Shown: piece after piece, positions 14,190 to 28,574 of the stretch | Numbering within the stretch: position 1 is the stretch's first letter | How the letters are laid out: every line of letters starts with the position of its first letter | Source: Eledone cirrhosa | Taxonomy: Eukaryota | Assembly (NCBI GenBank): GCA_964016885.1 | Contig: OZ024745.1 | Coordinates: forward strand, 49,228,001-49,292,000 | DNA: 64,000 bases | Direction: 5' to 3' | The notes under the pieces: generated by a model | Told to the model about the DNA's origin: nothing | The model's input: only the letters and a program-made list of their open reading frames with translations | Databases searched by the model: none | Translations under genes and position numbers: made by a program

Positions 14190-14524
14190 GTAAAATAGGA
14201 CGTAGAAAATGAATTTGGAAATATTATCCCTTTTGATTTCAACCGTTTGAAACCGCCCTGGTTTCATGATACATAACTGCTCATTTTAAAATGTTCATAC
14301 TTATATGAAAACCTTCCATCATAATTTCATTTAAGAAAGTTTTGCTTAGTAATATTCCAAACATCAGCTTACTAATTCAAAGGTTTGTTACTTCATTGAG
14401 TTCCTCAAATTTTCAAAATTAATTGATACACATGTGGTAACGAAAGGGTTAAATTATAAATTAATATAAAAAGTTCGGACAGGTTTCTGACAGAATCAAA
14501 GGGCACTTTCATGAATCATCTAAA

Positions 14525-15525
14525 GCAGTAATACATAGCAAGATGATTGAACAGACTGTATATAAGCTATACAGTAATATATAGCTGGGTGACTGGACAG
14601 GCTGTATATGAGCTATACAGTAATATATAGCTGGGTGACTGGACAGACTGTATATAAGCTATACAGTAATACATAGCTGGGTAACTGGACAGGCTGTATA
14701 TAAGCTATACAGTAATATATAGCTGGGTGATTGGACAGGCTGTATATAAGCTATACAGTAATATATAGCTGGGTAACTGGACAGGCTGTATATAAGATAT
14801 ACAGTATATATAGTTGGGTGACTGGACAGACTGTATATAAGCTATACAGTAATATATAGCAAGATGATTGGACAGGCTGTATATAAGCTATACAGTAATA
14901 TATAGCTGGGTGACTGGATAGGCTGTATATAAGCTATACAGTAATATATAGCTGGGTGACTGGACAGACTGTATATAAGCTATACAGTAATATATAGCTG
15001 GGTAACTGGACAGACTGTATATAAGCTATACAGTAATATATATCTGGGTGACTGGACAGGCTGTATATAAGCTATACAGTAATATATAGCTGGGTGACTG
15101 GACAGGCTGTATATAAGCTATACAGTAATATATAGCTGGGTAACTGGACAGACTGTATATAAGCTATACAGTAATATATAGCCGGGTGACTGGACAAACT
15201 GTATATAAGCTATACAGTAATATATAGCTGGGTGACTGGACAGGCTGTATATAAGCTATACAGTAATATATAGCTGGGTGACTGGACAGGCTGTATATAA
15301 GCTATACAGTAATATATAGCTGGGTGACTGGACAGACTGTATATAAGCTATACAGTAATATATAGCTGGGTGACTGGACAGACTGTATATAAGCTATACA
15401 GTAATATATAGCTGGGTGACTGAACAGACTGTATATAAGCTATACAGTAATATATAGCTGGGTGACTGGACATACTGTATATAAGCTATACAGTAATATA
15501 TAGCTGGGTGACTAGACAGACCGTG
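14525..15525. repeat. 46-bp minisatellite, ~21 copies
   Basis: Unit gctgtatataagctatacagtaatatatagctgggtgactggacag with internal inverted repeat ctgtata/tatacag. Confidence 0.93.
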
Positions 15526-17101
15526 TCTAAAGGATTATACAGCTATTATAAGTTAATATATAGCAGGATCATTTGACAGACTGCCTGGTTTTTGTGGCTA
15601 TCAAAACAATACTAATTCATTAATTTGGTTGAAGGGTCATGTCAATTATATTTACGCTAGTATTTAACTGGTACTTTATTTTATCATCCCTGGAGGGATG
15701 AAAGGCAAATTATTTTGGTGGGATTTGAGCTCAGAACGTAGAAAATCGTAACTATATACCACAAAACATTTTAACCGACGCTCTACTGATACTGCCAATA
15801 CAACGCCCTTGTCGAGACAACAATAATACTTGCTACACATCGTCAGACAGATGTAACACATCAGGGTTAGAATGGACAGCTGGCATGGAACCGGAGGATT
15901 CCTGGAAACTTGTAATAATTGAAAATACAAAGACCTAATAGACGAATTGACTGAAACTTAGCTAACAACTTAGCTTAAATTTCCGCAAAGGTGGTGAATT
16001 GGTAGAATTTGTTTGGATGTGAGACAGAATGCTTTGCTGTATTCATTTAGGCTCTATGCTCTCCGAGTTCAATGCCCCAACGAGGTCAACGTTTCATTTG
16101 ATCGTTTCGAGATCGATAAATAAAGCCCCAGTACTGGGATGATTTTTATTTTATACGTCTACTCACTTCATTTCGCGCTGATTTAAAATAAAACCCGCCA
16201 AAGCCAACCATGCCTTCCATTCTTTCAGTGGCGACGTGAATAAATGAGACACCAGTCACGCACGGGGGGTCAATTTTTCTCACCCCCACCTCTTCGCTCA
16301 CACTACCTCAGAATCGGCTATGTGAAGTGTGTCAGGAAAGGAGCATTCACATCGATCCCACACCAATCCTTTCACCACCTTACCTTGGATACGAACAGAA
16401 AGAAAGAATTACTGCATCATATTTCAATAATTATTGATGGGCGACTACTGCTGGACACTGCAACGTGAGGAGAGCCAGCAAAACAAGCGTAAAAGCAAAA
16501 TCCAGAAATTTTTTTAGAAATGTTTTGAAATATTTTGTTATGTTCAGAATGTTGTTCAGGAATATTTTGTTAATATACTAAGTGTTAAAAAAAAAAAAAA
16601 AAAATGTTTATATATTTTTATTAATAAGTTAATATGTTTATATCTAAGTCATCATATGTTACACAATGGATAAATAATACAATACGAGGAACATATTTTC
16701 GATCTCATATTAAGGCATTCTGGTCCGATAGCAAAAAATGAATATAAAAACTGAATTTAGTGCTATGAAATTAGTAAGATGCACATATTCACATGTAAGA
16801 ACCATTTTGGCTGTTGACCAGTGTAATCTAAATATGGACACTGTTCGACTGGTTGGTTACAGTTCCTTCCGTTATCTCATGACCCACATAGTTTATCGAG
16901 TGTACTGTATACACCAACGTTCTGTTATTGTCCTATAATTTAAAATACATCAGGGCTATGTCGTTGTTTACCATTTTCAGAGCTGGAAAACAGTAGCACA
17001 AGAATCTACACAAACATAACCAATAAGAATAGCACTGGCATCAGCACGAATAACAACAACTACGACAATTCGACACAGACGTCAATCAAAATAAACAACA
17101 T

Positions 17102-17132
<31 letters not shown>

Positions 17133-17370
17133 GCACCAGCAGCAGTAACAACAGCACCAGCAACAACAGCAGCAGCACCAGCAGCAGTATTAGCAGCAAC
17201 AATGTTTCTTTTTGCTGTAAGCTACGAAAGAGAAGTTAAACAGTATCTATCATATTGCAAGGAATATAAATATCATATATACATCAAAATAAGAAGTAGA
17301 AAGCTATCTGCTTACACTCACGCGTACCCACAACAAACACACACACACATGTACGCACACACACACATGT

Positions 17371-17480
<110 letters not shown>

Positions 17481-17777
17481 CACAACATTAGATGTGAAAG
17501 AGCAAGTGAATAAGATAAGGAGAGATTATTAAATTAAAGGGTAATCTACAGAATGGCGTACACAATAAAAAAAAAAAATTAAATGAAAGTAGCCTCTTAA
17601 TTAGAGAAAGGAAAAAATACTTTGCAGTAATTGTTTTCGACTCTCAAAGATAGGGGGTGATAATTTCAAGAAATTAAGAATTAATTTCTCTAAGTTAATT
17701 ATCATGCCTCGGGAAATATTTGATTTTAAAAGGTATCGCTATACATATAGGATATGTTTCTGTCTGTTGGTCCTCGT

Positions 17778-18158
17778 CAACGTAATATAGCCTACCTGAT
17801 CAACCCAATATAGCCTACCTGATCAACATAATATAGCCTACCTGATCAACGAAATATAGCCTACCTGATCAACATAATATAGCCTATCTGATCAACGAAA
17901 TATAGCCTACCTGATCAACGAAATATAGCCTACCTGATCAACGAAATATAGCCTACCTGATCAACGAAATATAGCCTACCTGATCAACGAAATATAGCCT
18001 ACCTGATCAACGAAATATAGCCTACCTGATCAACATAATATAGCCTACCTGATCAACGAAATATAGCCTACCTGATCAACGAAATATAGCCTACCTGATC
18101 AACGAAATATAGCCTACCTGATCAACGAAATATAGCCTACAACGTAATATAGCCTACT
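17778..18158. repeat. 23-24-bp minisatellite, ~16 copies
   Basis: Unit aacgaaatatagcctacctgatc. Confidence 0.93.
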
Positions 18159-18479
18159 TAACCCTGCCTGATCAGTTGATAAAGATTTTATTTTTACACG
18201 TAGGAAGAGTTATGAATATATTTTGATGAGTATAAATAAAATGAACTAAGGTAACTAATCCAAATGAGCCTGTCATGAAATTATCAACTCATGTATGATT
18301 AGTCCACATCCAGTGCAGCTACAGTTGTGCTTCCAGACAAGATATTTCAATCGATATACCTCACCTCTTTTACATGAAGTAATATCGCCCGTGATATTTA
18401 TTGTAGAGGCCTCGGGAATAAGGCTCCATGGCACCCTAAATGAAACTGTTGGTGAGAGACACAATGGCGCTTAGCAGGC

Positions 18480-18770
18480 TTCGGCAGCAAGGGTGGGACA
18501 CACACTAGATCTGTGTGGTAGCCGGGTCGGAGTCCATCGGTGCCTCCACTGCTGCTGGCAGGGACAGGCCTTAGAGGAAAGATGATGCCCTCCTCGGAAG
18601 CCACGTAAAGTGGTTTAGGGTCAAGTGGGCGTATGGTCTGCAGGTAGCTCGGGATGTTTCAGCCGTAGAGTAGCCAAAACCTTGACAGTGGGGTAGAGGA
18701 GGGTGTCGTCAGAAGCGACTACTCTGACGATAGCCGAGACATCACCTTCGATAAGTTTGGCACCCAGCGG
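18480..18770 (-). pseudogene. Fragment of CRE-like (RLE-type) non-LTR retrotransposon ORF, region N-terminal to the RT core
   Basis: Hand translation AKLIEGDVSAIVRVVASDDTLLYPTVKVLATLRLKHP, then stops and a frameshift, then PASSSGGTDGLRPGYHTDLV. This resembles the L..KHP and SxGGPDGLRPxHLKDL motifs of CRE-clade RTs. Confidence 0.6.
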
Positions 18771-18969
18771 GCACTGTAGAGTGTGGCCTGCTCAGACATA
18801 TTGGGTGTGGGCACCTGCCTGAAGGGTCAGATGAGTTAGGGAGACTGAGGGCGAGTGGAGTGGAATAAAACAATCGGTCCCAGTAAGAAGTGCATTGATC
18901 GCGTTGCACAAAAAACATACTTTCGGCGTTTATCTATAACATTTATGCAAACCTTATCGCACGCGCACA

Positions 18970-19017
<48 letters not shown>

Positions 19018-19041
19018 GTATAATAAACAATACAATATAAT

Positions 19042-19112
19042 TACCTCATTACCAGAGGTTTCCCGAATAAGACGAATACAAGAAACGTCTTCATTCGTTC
19101 GTCAGACAAGGC
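19042..19112 (-). ncRNA. Hammerhead-like core at the 3' end of the upstream PLE
   Basis: Minus strand reads CTGACGA-long stem II (cgaatgaagacg/cgtcttattcg)-GAAA-cctc tggtaat gagg-TA. The 3' strand of stem I is missing. Confidence 0.55.
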
Positions 19113-19840
19113 AATTTAAAACATGGTGAAATATTTGAAAAATCTCAAGAAAGGCAAAAGTTTAACGGCCAGAAAAAATATATATAAATAAAAGTAATGC
19201 AAGAGATATATAAAAATAAAATAAGGAAATATAGTAAGGGTATGTGTATAAATGTGTGTATATACACCTACAAATGTACATATGTGTGTATGTACAAATG
19301 CATGAGTATAGTGAAAAAATGTGTGCGTAAGTACATACATGATGGCAAGCATATCAGTGTATATGTGACCACAAATACGTATATAATATATGTTGAAAAA
19401 AGAAATTGTAAGATAATAGAGTTAGCGTACATCGAGACTCAGGTACTAAGGATTGAAATATATACACATACAAGTATGAAAGCACGCGTATAAACACACA
19501 CACACGCACAACCACATACATGTATGTGATATATACAGGGAAGGGAGTGTATCAGTCAAAGCAGTATCAGGCTGTAGGTCGATACAGATATAAAAATATA
19601 AAATATGAAAATGAAAAAATATATGAGAATAAAAAATTAAATCAAAGAGAAGGTAACACTAGAAAAAATAAATAAAAAGTAGAAAACATGCAGAGGTTCG
19701 TACACACATATATATATATATATATCTACGTACAGACAAAAGCACATACATGCGTACATACATACAAAAGCGCGCATACATACACACGAAGCACACATAT
19801 ATATACATACATGTACATCTAATCACACGCACACACGCGA

Positions 19841-19881
<41 letters not shown>

Positions 19882-20339
19882 TATATATAAGTATGTAAAA
19901 AAACAGATATAAAAACACACATACACACACACATATACACATACACGCGCACATACGAATGCATTCGTATACATATACAAACATGTATACACACATATCC
20001 ACATTTACACGCATACATACAATATAAAAAACCAGCCGTATGAATAAATGACCACAAATTATACGCAAGTAAACATACATAAAAGCGGCTGTGGGACAAC
20101 AGAATATATCTGGAGTTGAAAACACAAGTGACAAGTGTTATCAGGTAGTGAAAGAAAAGGGGGAAGTAAAATATGTAAAATTGTGAAGATATAAAGTAAG
20201 TGAATAAAAAAGCGGGGGGGGGGGGGGGGGGTTCACTGGTGGATGTGAAGTAAAAATAAAGTTAAAAATAAAAATTAAAGTAAATCAGAAAGAGAAGTCT
20301 GTAAAGAAGGTAAGTTAAAGAAAGTGAAGAACAAGAGTT

Positions 20340-21228
20340 TATGGAGGATAAGTATTTGAAAGTGAGTTAAGTTTATATGAGCTGGAAAGCAAGTGTGATT
20401 TCATGTGTGGGCAACTGGTGAAAATTTCTGTTTTTGCATTTAGGCAGGTTTTTGGTTATTTAAGGTTCTGTAAAATCCAATATTTTTCACTTATGCAGAG
20501 TGTGCAATTCTTGTTCCTCTTGCATATTCTTTAGATTGGTTCAAAATTGACCAATCTAATTTATATTCGATACCTTGGTCTTTCAAATCCCATATTCTGC
20601 TAGCCAGAACTGTTGTAAATCATTTTTCAGGATGTCGGAAAGATGCGACATGTGAGTAATAACGCGTTTTGAATTTGTCTTGTGTCATACCCACATATCG
20701 TTCGCTGGTGGGTGGTAGGTTGTTGCTGATGGTTGTCACTTTAGCCGCATATACAATGGCTTTGGTGTTGCATTTACCTTGTAATGGGCATTCACTTTTG
20801 ACCCTACAGGAGCAATTTTGATGTTCTCTGGGTATTTTCTTATTGAGGATATAAGATTTAATAGGGGGACCGCAGGAGTAGCTGATTTTGACACAGTTTC
20901 TATTGAAGATCTTATAGTATCTATGTGTTCTAGGGAAATGTTTATCTAAGAGCTCTAGTTTTAACTGCTAGAGAGTAGGGGGGTGTGAACCAGATTATTT
21001 TTCTTTTCCTATTATTATGTTTAAAGGAGTTAGTATTGTTAGGTATGTACGTAATCGGTTCGCTAAATCCGCTATTTTAAGGGGCTTTATTATAGTAGGG
21101 GCATGCCTTATTGAAAATAACTTCTGAGGCAGAGAGGGTGGAGATCCTACGGCTAATATTAGGGATAAGATTTTTAAAAACTATAGGAGGATGGCAAGAG
21201 CCTTTGTTTATATATTTTAAATTTTCAT
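20340..21228 (-). mobile_element. 5'-truncated Penelope-like element: RT thumb, Cys linker and GIY-YIG endonuclease (degenerate)
   Basis: Hand translation RKIIWFTPPYS, CSCRVKSECPLQGKCNTKAIVYAAKV, RYVGMTQDKFKTRYYSHVASF and CTLCISEK. Contains frameshifts. Confidence 0.85.
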
Positions 21229-21420
21229 AATATGTATATATATAAATGTTCATAATATATATATATTCCTATATATATATAGGAAAAAGTTTAACCCCGA
21301 CGGTCCATCTGGTTCCTTACCACACCTCCTTCGTTATATATATATATATATACACACACACAGACACACACGCATATATATATATACATATATATGTATA
21401 TATATATATATATATGTTCA

Positions 21421-21491
<71 letters not shown>

Positions 21492-21732
21492 GTTCATATA
21501 TGTGTATATATATATATATACACACACAAACACAGACATATATATATATGGGTTCACGTGTGTAATTATTTTTTAAGCACATCCGGTATTGAAATTGGTT
21601 GTGTAATTTTAAAAAGGCCTGGTTTAAATAAGTGAGTGCCAATTTCCTGTTTCGACTGAAGACACCCGAGAAAATAGGCTGTGTGAACAAAATATGTTTT
21701 GGCTTGTTGCAACAAAAAAGAATACATGCAGC

Positions 21733-23083
21733 TCGTTTGAGGGATGTGTGTGTGTGGACATGCGGGTGTTTGTGAGATGTGTTTGTATGTTTGAGTACGT
21801 TTAAGAGATGTGTGCGTGTGTGTGTGTGAGAGAGAACATGCGGGTGCTTGTGAATGTGTATGTGTGTGTTTGTATGTTTGAGCACGTTTGAGAGATGTGT
21901 GTGTGTGTGTGTGTGTGAACATGCGGGTGTTTGTGAGATGTGTATGTGTGTGTGTTTGTATGTTTGAGCACGTTTGAGAGAGATGTGTGTGTGTGTGTGT
22001 GTGTGTGAACATGCGGGTGTTTGTGAGATGTGTATGTGTGTGTGTTTGTATGTTTGAGCACGTTTGAGAGATGTGTGTGTGTGTGTGTGTGAGAACATGC
22101 GGGTGTTTGTGAGATGTGTATGTGTGTGTGTTTGTATGTTTGAGCACGTTTGAGAGATGTGTGTGTGTGTGTGTGAGAACATGCGGGTGTTTGTGAGATG
22201 TGTATGTGTGTGTGTTTGTATGTTTGAGCACGTTTGAGAGATTTGTGTATGTGTGTGTGTGTGAGAGAATATGCGGGTGTTTGTGAGATGTGGATGTGTG
22301 TGTTTGTATGTTTGAGCACATTTGAGAGATGTGTGTGTGTGTGTGAGAACATGCGGGTGTTTGTGAGATGTGGATGTGTGTGTTTGTATGTTTGAGCACG
22401 TTTAAGAGATGTGTGTGTGTGTGTGCGTGTGTGAGAACATGCGGGTGTTTGTGAGATGTGTATGTGTGTGTTTGTATGTTTGAGCACGTTTGAGAGAGAT
22501 GTGTGTGTGTGTGTGTGAGAACATGCGGGTGTTTGTGAGATGTGTATGTGTGTGTTTGTATGTTTGAGCACGTTTGAGAGATGTGTGTATGTGTGTGTGT
22601 GTGCGTGAACATGCGGGTGTTTGTGAGATGTGTATGTGTGTGTTTATATGTTTGAGCACGTTTGAGACATGTGTGTGTGAGAACATGCGGGTGTTTGTGA
22701 GATGTGTATGTGTGTGTTTGTACGTTTGAGCACGTTTGAGAGATGTGTGTGTGTGTGTGTGTGTGCGTGAACATGCGGGTGTTTGTGAATGTGTATGTGT
22801 GTGTTTGTATGTTTGAGCACGTTTGAGAGATGTGTGTGTGTGTATGAGAACATGCGGGTGTTTGTGAGATGTGTATGTGTGTGTGTTTGTATGTTTGAGC
22901 ACGTTTGAGAGATGTGTGTATGTGTGTGTGTGAACATGCGGGTGTTTGTGAGATGTGGATGTGTGTGTTTGTATGTTTGAGCACGTTTGAGAGATGTGTG
23001 TGTGTGTGTGTGTGTGTGAGAACATGCGGGTGTTTGTGAGATGTGTATGTGTGTGTGTTTGTATGTTTGAGCACGTTTGAGAG

Positions 23084-23114
<31 letters not shown>

Positions 23115-23137
23115 AGAACATGCGGGTGTTTGTGAGA

Positions 23138-23165
<28 letters not shown>
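21733..23165. repeat. Compound ~70-85-bp minisatellite with variable (GT)n tracts
   Basis: Unit gaacatgcgggtgtttgtgagatgtgtat(gt)nttgtatgtttgagcacgtttgagagat(gt)n. It is the source of the spurious 250-500 aa ORFs. Confidence 0.92.
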
Positions 23166-23168
<3 letters not shown>

Positions 23169-25300
23169 CGTTAACGAAGATAGGGAATGAGCCGCTGTAT
23201 GAGTGCGTTTGTGAATATCTGTTACTGTGCCTGTGCGTGTCGTTAACGAAGGTATGTGTGTGTGAGTGTGTGTTTTGCGTGTACAAATGCGTTTGTGTGT
23301 GTGAATACACGCGAGGATGTGTTATGGTGAGTTTAAGTGAAGCCAATGATAAAAGTCTGGATGAGCTGGCACATATCATCAATGGTACGACCTGAGCTCT
23401 TCAAGTGTTTGCTATCTTTCAGCATGCGACACATTCTCCCACGTGACGCAGCAAGGGTTGGTCAAACCACATCCGACATGTGTATTCAAGTGACAACAAC
23501 CCACGGATAAACTTCTCTTAATCAAAGACCACCCGGGAGGATTGATTGACTCTCATCTCTGCCGCCTCAGTTAGGAATTATGGAAACTATATTTATAAAA
23601 CCATATTTATTCAATTATATATATTTCAAGGGTACCAACATTTTGGTACGCTATCATCAGATAAAATACAAAATATTTTATAAATAAATATTTTATAAAT
23701 TTGACATGACCAAGGATAATATACCTTAACGGTTCAAGTTATCCCTGGAAAGTGAAGGAAGAGAGAAAACAGATATTTAAAATTATTAATATGAGTATGC
23801 AAATGAGGTTTATATCAAAGGGCTGAAAAAACGTTATTTTAGACGCTATGGAAAATTTAAATAATTATGATAAGTTATTGTATGGGTAGGAAGGAAGAGA
23901 AAAAGAAAGGAATTAAGTTAATTTGTTACCTATATTATGAGTTATAATATTGTATATATAATCAATTTGATTATATGAAGAATTATGGTTGTAAGTATTT
24001 TTATCTTATTACATTAGGATAGGTTATATGAATATAAATATCTAAATATATGTTGATAAGTTGCGTATCTATTGATTTGTTTATATATCAAATATGAGTT
24101 ACGAAGGATGTTGAAATTTTATTTTCAAGTTGTGAGATTAGAATAACTTGTGGATTCAAACATTTTGTTCAACATTGAGAATGTTTTCAGAATATTGTTA
24201 ATTTAACGAAGCTATATAAATTATCAAACACAATCTCGTTAAAGAAGAAGGAAGATAAGAAGAAGGAAAAGGAAGACCACTTAAACGTTATTTGGGGGAA
24301 ATATATTCAGACATTTGTCTATATTTATATGGAGAATTATTTATCTTATAATAATATATAAATATCGATATATATTTTAATAATAGCATATGTATTTTTA
24401 TTAAAAGGATAGTTTATTTATAATATGAGTTACGAGGGATGTTGATTTATAAATAAATAAATAAATAGGTAGTTCAAGTTATAGGTGGTTGTTCATAATA
24501 TAAGTTACTAGGGAGGTTGATTTTGTATTTTATGTAAATAAATAGGGAGTTAAAATTAAAATTAAAAAATATATATATATGTAGCGAAATCTGTCCGCGC
24601 CTTGAACTTTGGGTGATACCTAAAGGTTAAATCCTAGGTCAACACTCTGGTGTAGACAGGTGGATTCGTTGGCTGTCCTCTCAAGGTGGGGGACAGGAAG
24701 TGACAGCTATATACAGACCATGTACAAGCCATTCCACACAGAGACATCGAAGCGATAGGATATACAATTAACTATGTAAGGATTACTGTTATCAACAGAC
24801 CCCTTTGGTCTACTAACAGACCCTATGAAGTCTACAGATACACACTACATAGATTGGAACCTCTGTTACTACAGACCACACCGCTGTATGCAGTTCACGG
24901 TATTTCTCAGTTACTACAGACCGTTCAGAGCTATACATACCATACTCTCTAACACGGTCTAACAAATATTACCACGAATACCAACAACAACAACAATTAT
25001 CTGTAACTCGCTGTTTTAACACCAACAACAACAACAGACTACTACAGCCTCACATCAGAAACGATAACAACTTTAACAACCATTGGTAGCTGTTTTTATA
25101 TGTACTTATTAAATGATTCACGTGAAGTAAACTATATATAACCAAATCCTATATTCCTTATATTCTTTATATTCACGTTATTATTCCTTATATTATATTC
25201 ATGTTATCTCTTCTAACAACATTGTTATTGTCATAACAACTAAATAACCAACATTTCTATTCTATACATATTACCATACTATCCATTATATACCTATTTC

Positions 25301-27131
25301 GACACTACCATGCTATTAGCTGTCAGAAGTGAAAGTAGGCGAAGGTGACGTCATTAGTCAACCTTCTCAATCGTAAACATCGTTTATTTCCGTATTACCA
25401 CGCGTTATTTTAATAAAGCATAGGTTAACTTTGCCTTTCATCCTTACGGGGTCGATAAAATAAAGTACCAGTGATGCACTGGGTAATTGCTGGCCTTGTG
25501 CCTAACGTAGAAACAGTTATTTTAATAAAGCATATCGATGTAAGTGGAGTTACTTAAATGAAAATATAGGTGACCCTTAAAAGGGCCAAATTAGAAAACA
25601 AATTTAAGTTAATTAGAAAACAAGTCATGGTTATCAAATAAATTTGATTTAATCATTTATATTTTCAAGTCATTTCACCAACAGTGGAGTTACTTCTGAC
25701 AGCTAATAACATGAACTATATTTTCATAGTCATGGTTATCAATGTAGAAAACAAGTCATTTTCACCAACAGTGGAGTTAACTTAAATGAAAATATAGGTG
25801 GCCCTTAAAAGGGCCAAATTAGAAAACAAATATATGGTTATCAAATGTTTTTCACCAACCCTATACATTTATGAAGAAATGTTTTGAAAATAAATTTTTT
25901 TCACCAACCTTATTCAAAAGCATGGATACAGTCCTCATGGAAACAAGAGACAGTCCCCATGGAGACAATCCCCATGGAGACAGTCCCATTTTTTTTCGCT
26001 ACTTCCAACATGCGTTCACCACATGAAGGGCAGACCTTTTGTGTATTCAGAAGTCCATGATTTTTCAACAAATTGATGGTATCTGCTGTAGTGGCGATAG
26101 CAATGGAAAGATCGCGATGGTTAATTCCATTAACACTTGGGTATATTGTAGAATTCATATTTTTCAACTTGCAAATATTATCACAAAGTGAAGATTAAAG
26201 TTTATTTATTTACACGTGGTGTTGGTGGTGTTGGTGGTGTTGGTGATGATTGTTGCTGATTGGTGGGGATTGTCTCCATGGGGACTGTCTCTTGTCTCCA
26301 TGTGGACTGTATCTATGCTTTTGAATAAGGTTGGTGAAAAAAATTTGTTTTCTAAACATTTCTTCATAAATGATTAGGGTTGGTGAAAAAAATTTGATAA
26401 CCATATATTTGTTTTCTAATTTGGCCCTTTTAAGGGCCACCTATATTTTCATTTAAGTTAACTCCACTGTTGGTGAAAATGACTTGTTTTCTACATTGAT
26501 AATCATGACTATGAAAATATAGTTCATGGTATTAGCTGTCAGAAGTAACTCCACTGTTGGTGAAAATGACTTGTTTTCTACATTGATAACCATGACTATG
26601 AAAATATAAATGATTAAATCAAATTTATTTGATAACCATTTATTTGATAACCAACATTTCTATTCTATACATATTACCATACTATCCATTATATACCTAT
26701 TTCGGCACTACCATGCTATTAGCTGTCAGAAGTGAAAGTAGGCGAAGGTTACGTCATTCGTCAACCTTCTCAATCGTAAACATCGTTTATTTCCGTATTA
26801 CCACGCGTTATTTTAATAAAGCATAGGTTAACTTTGCCTTTCATCCTTACGGGGTCGATAAAATAAAGTACCAGTGATGCACTGGGTAATTGCTGGCCTT
26901 GTGCCTAACGTAGAAACAGTTATTTTAATAAAGCATATCGATGTAAGTGGAGTATTTTAATAAAGCATATCGATGTAAGTGGAGTTTCTAATTAACTTAA
27001 ATTTGTTTTCTAATTTGGCCCTTTTAAGGGCCACCTATATTTTCATTTAAGTAACTCCACTTACATCGATATGCTTTATTAAAATAACGCGTGGCAATAC
27101 GGAAATAAACGATGTTTACGATTGAGAAGGT
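25301..27131 (-). mobile_element. Rearranged Merlin/IS1595-like DNA transposon relic with long TIRs
   Basis: Termini gacactaccatgctattagc (ggcactacc in the internal copy at 26704) and gctaatagcatggaagtgcc. 8-bp flanks cctatttc/actatttc. Central fragment INLLKNHGLLNTQKVCPSCGERM resembles the Zn-ribbon N-terminus of ISXO2/Merlin transposases. Confidence 0.65.
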
Positions 27132-27584
27132 TGACGAATGACGTCACCTTCGCCTACTTTCACTTCTGACAGCTAATAGCATGGAAGTGCCACTATTTCT
27201 TTCATTTTTATACTTTTCGTTAAATATATAGTTGTGCAAATATAACAAAACAAGCACAATATGTCTAGGATGCGAAAAAATACACAGAAATACATGCCTA
27301 AAGGAATAATATATTGTGTGATAGTTGTTAATTATTGAATATATTCGATAGCTATTTATTTATTTGTTTATTTTTAGACAGGTTTGTGAGCGGGAGAAAG
27401 GACAGCAATGCATATAACTTTTCAGGGCTTCTCTGTATGGAAAGAAGTTATCCTCTGCAAAGATTGAGATGTGTTGACAGTTAGCTTACTGAAGCTAAAA
27501 GTGAAGAAGACCAAAGAACCTGGACATAATACACATGCGCTAATGCGTGTGTAAAGTAGTTCTAATCATATTATTTCACAGACG

Positions 27585-27765
27585 GTGGATTGGCAGTATC
27601 GGTAGAGAGTCGGACACCATGCTTTGTAGCATAGTTACGCCCCTTTACGGTCTGAATTCAAATCCCGCCGAGGTTAACTTTGCCTTTCATCCTTACGGGG
27701 TCGATAAAATAAAGTACCAGTAATGTACTGGGATAATTGCTGGCCTTGTGCTAAAAGTAGAAACA
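27585..27765 (+). mobile_element. Full-length tRNA-derived SINE with 15-bp TSD
   Basis: A-box-like tggcagtatcgg, B-box-like gaattcaaatcc, central gcctttcatccttacggggtcgataaaataaagtaccag. TSD attatttcacagacg at 27570-27584 and 27766-27780. Confidence 0.88.
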
Positions 27766-28574
27766 ATTATTTCACAGACGAGAAACCAGGTCTGCATGCT
27801 TGCAACAGAGTCGACTCCTCTAAAAACATGCAATGGTTAGATTGTTATGTTAAGTCTGGTGATGGATTAAGGCTAACACCAATGAAGTCTAACGACCCAT
27901 TGCAAGGGCGATGGAAGTTTTCTGAACGATGGAAGTTTTCTTTGCACTCTAAAATGGTCAGAAAACTTCGATATGCGATAAACATAACATGTACATAAAT
28001 TTTAGCACATATCCAAATAGATGTGTGTTTTGGTAGTTTTTGGGAGAAAATATAATTATGGGGTGGGGGGTGGGGCATGTCCCCCCCCCCCAGTTCCACC
28101 GTGCACTCACAGGATCCCCAGTCTGGTCTGATGATCCTGTGAGTACACGCAGGTGAGACCTCAGAGTAACAAGGCTTAGTCATAATAAATGAATATTTAA
28201 ACTCTACTTGGGTATTGAGTTTTCATTCTCACGCCCGTCAATAATTCTTCACGTACTCTCACGTCTTCAATCGTCCCCCCCCCCCCCAGCTTATTAATTT
28301 CTCAGTCCCTCCTCCCTGCCGCTTTTTATTCCCACTCCCACCCACTTGTTAGATTTTTCTAATCTATCCCCGGCGAAATTTTATTGTAAGTGATTCATAT
28401 TGATACAGCTTGGTGAATCTAATAAAAATTCTATTTTACATTAAACAATCGTTATATGTGGCAAAAGAAGAACATTACCAGAAATCCCATATTTACCAAC
28501 GTACACAATACAATTACTGATTCCCAAGACTCCACCCCGCCGCATTACTGCCACCCCTCCTATTATTTGGGACA

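Noticed and set aside
21418-23382. 250-500 aa His/Thr-rich repetitive ORFs
   Set aside because: They are translations of the GT-rich minisatellite, open in several frames.
24580-25240. Possible solo LTR starting TGTAGC
   Set aside because: No defined CA end, TSD or second copy.
27585-27672. tRNA gene
   Set aside because: The A/B boxes belong to a SINE head with TSD and many dispersed copies, and no cloverleaf is evident.
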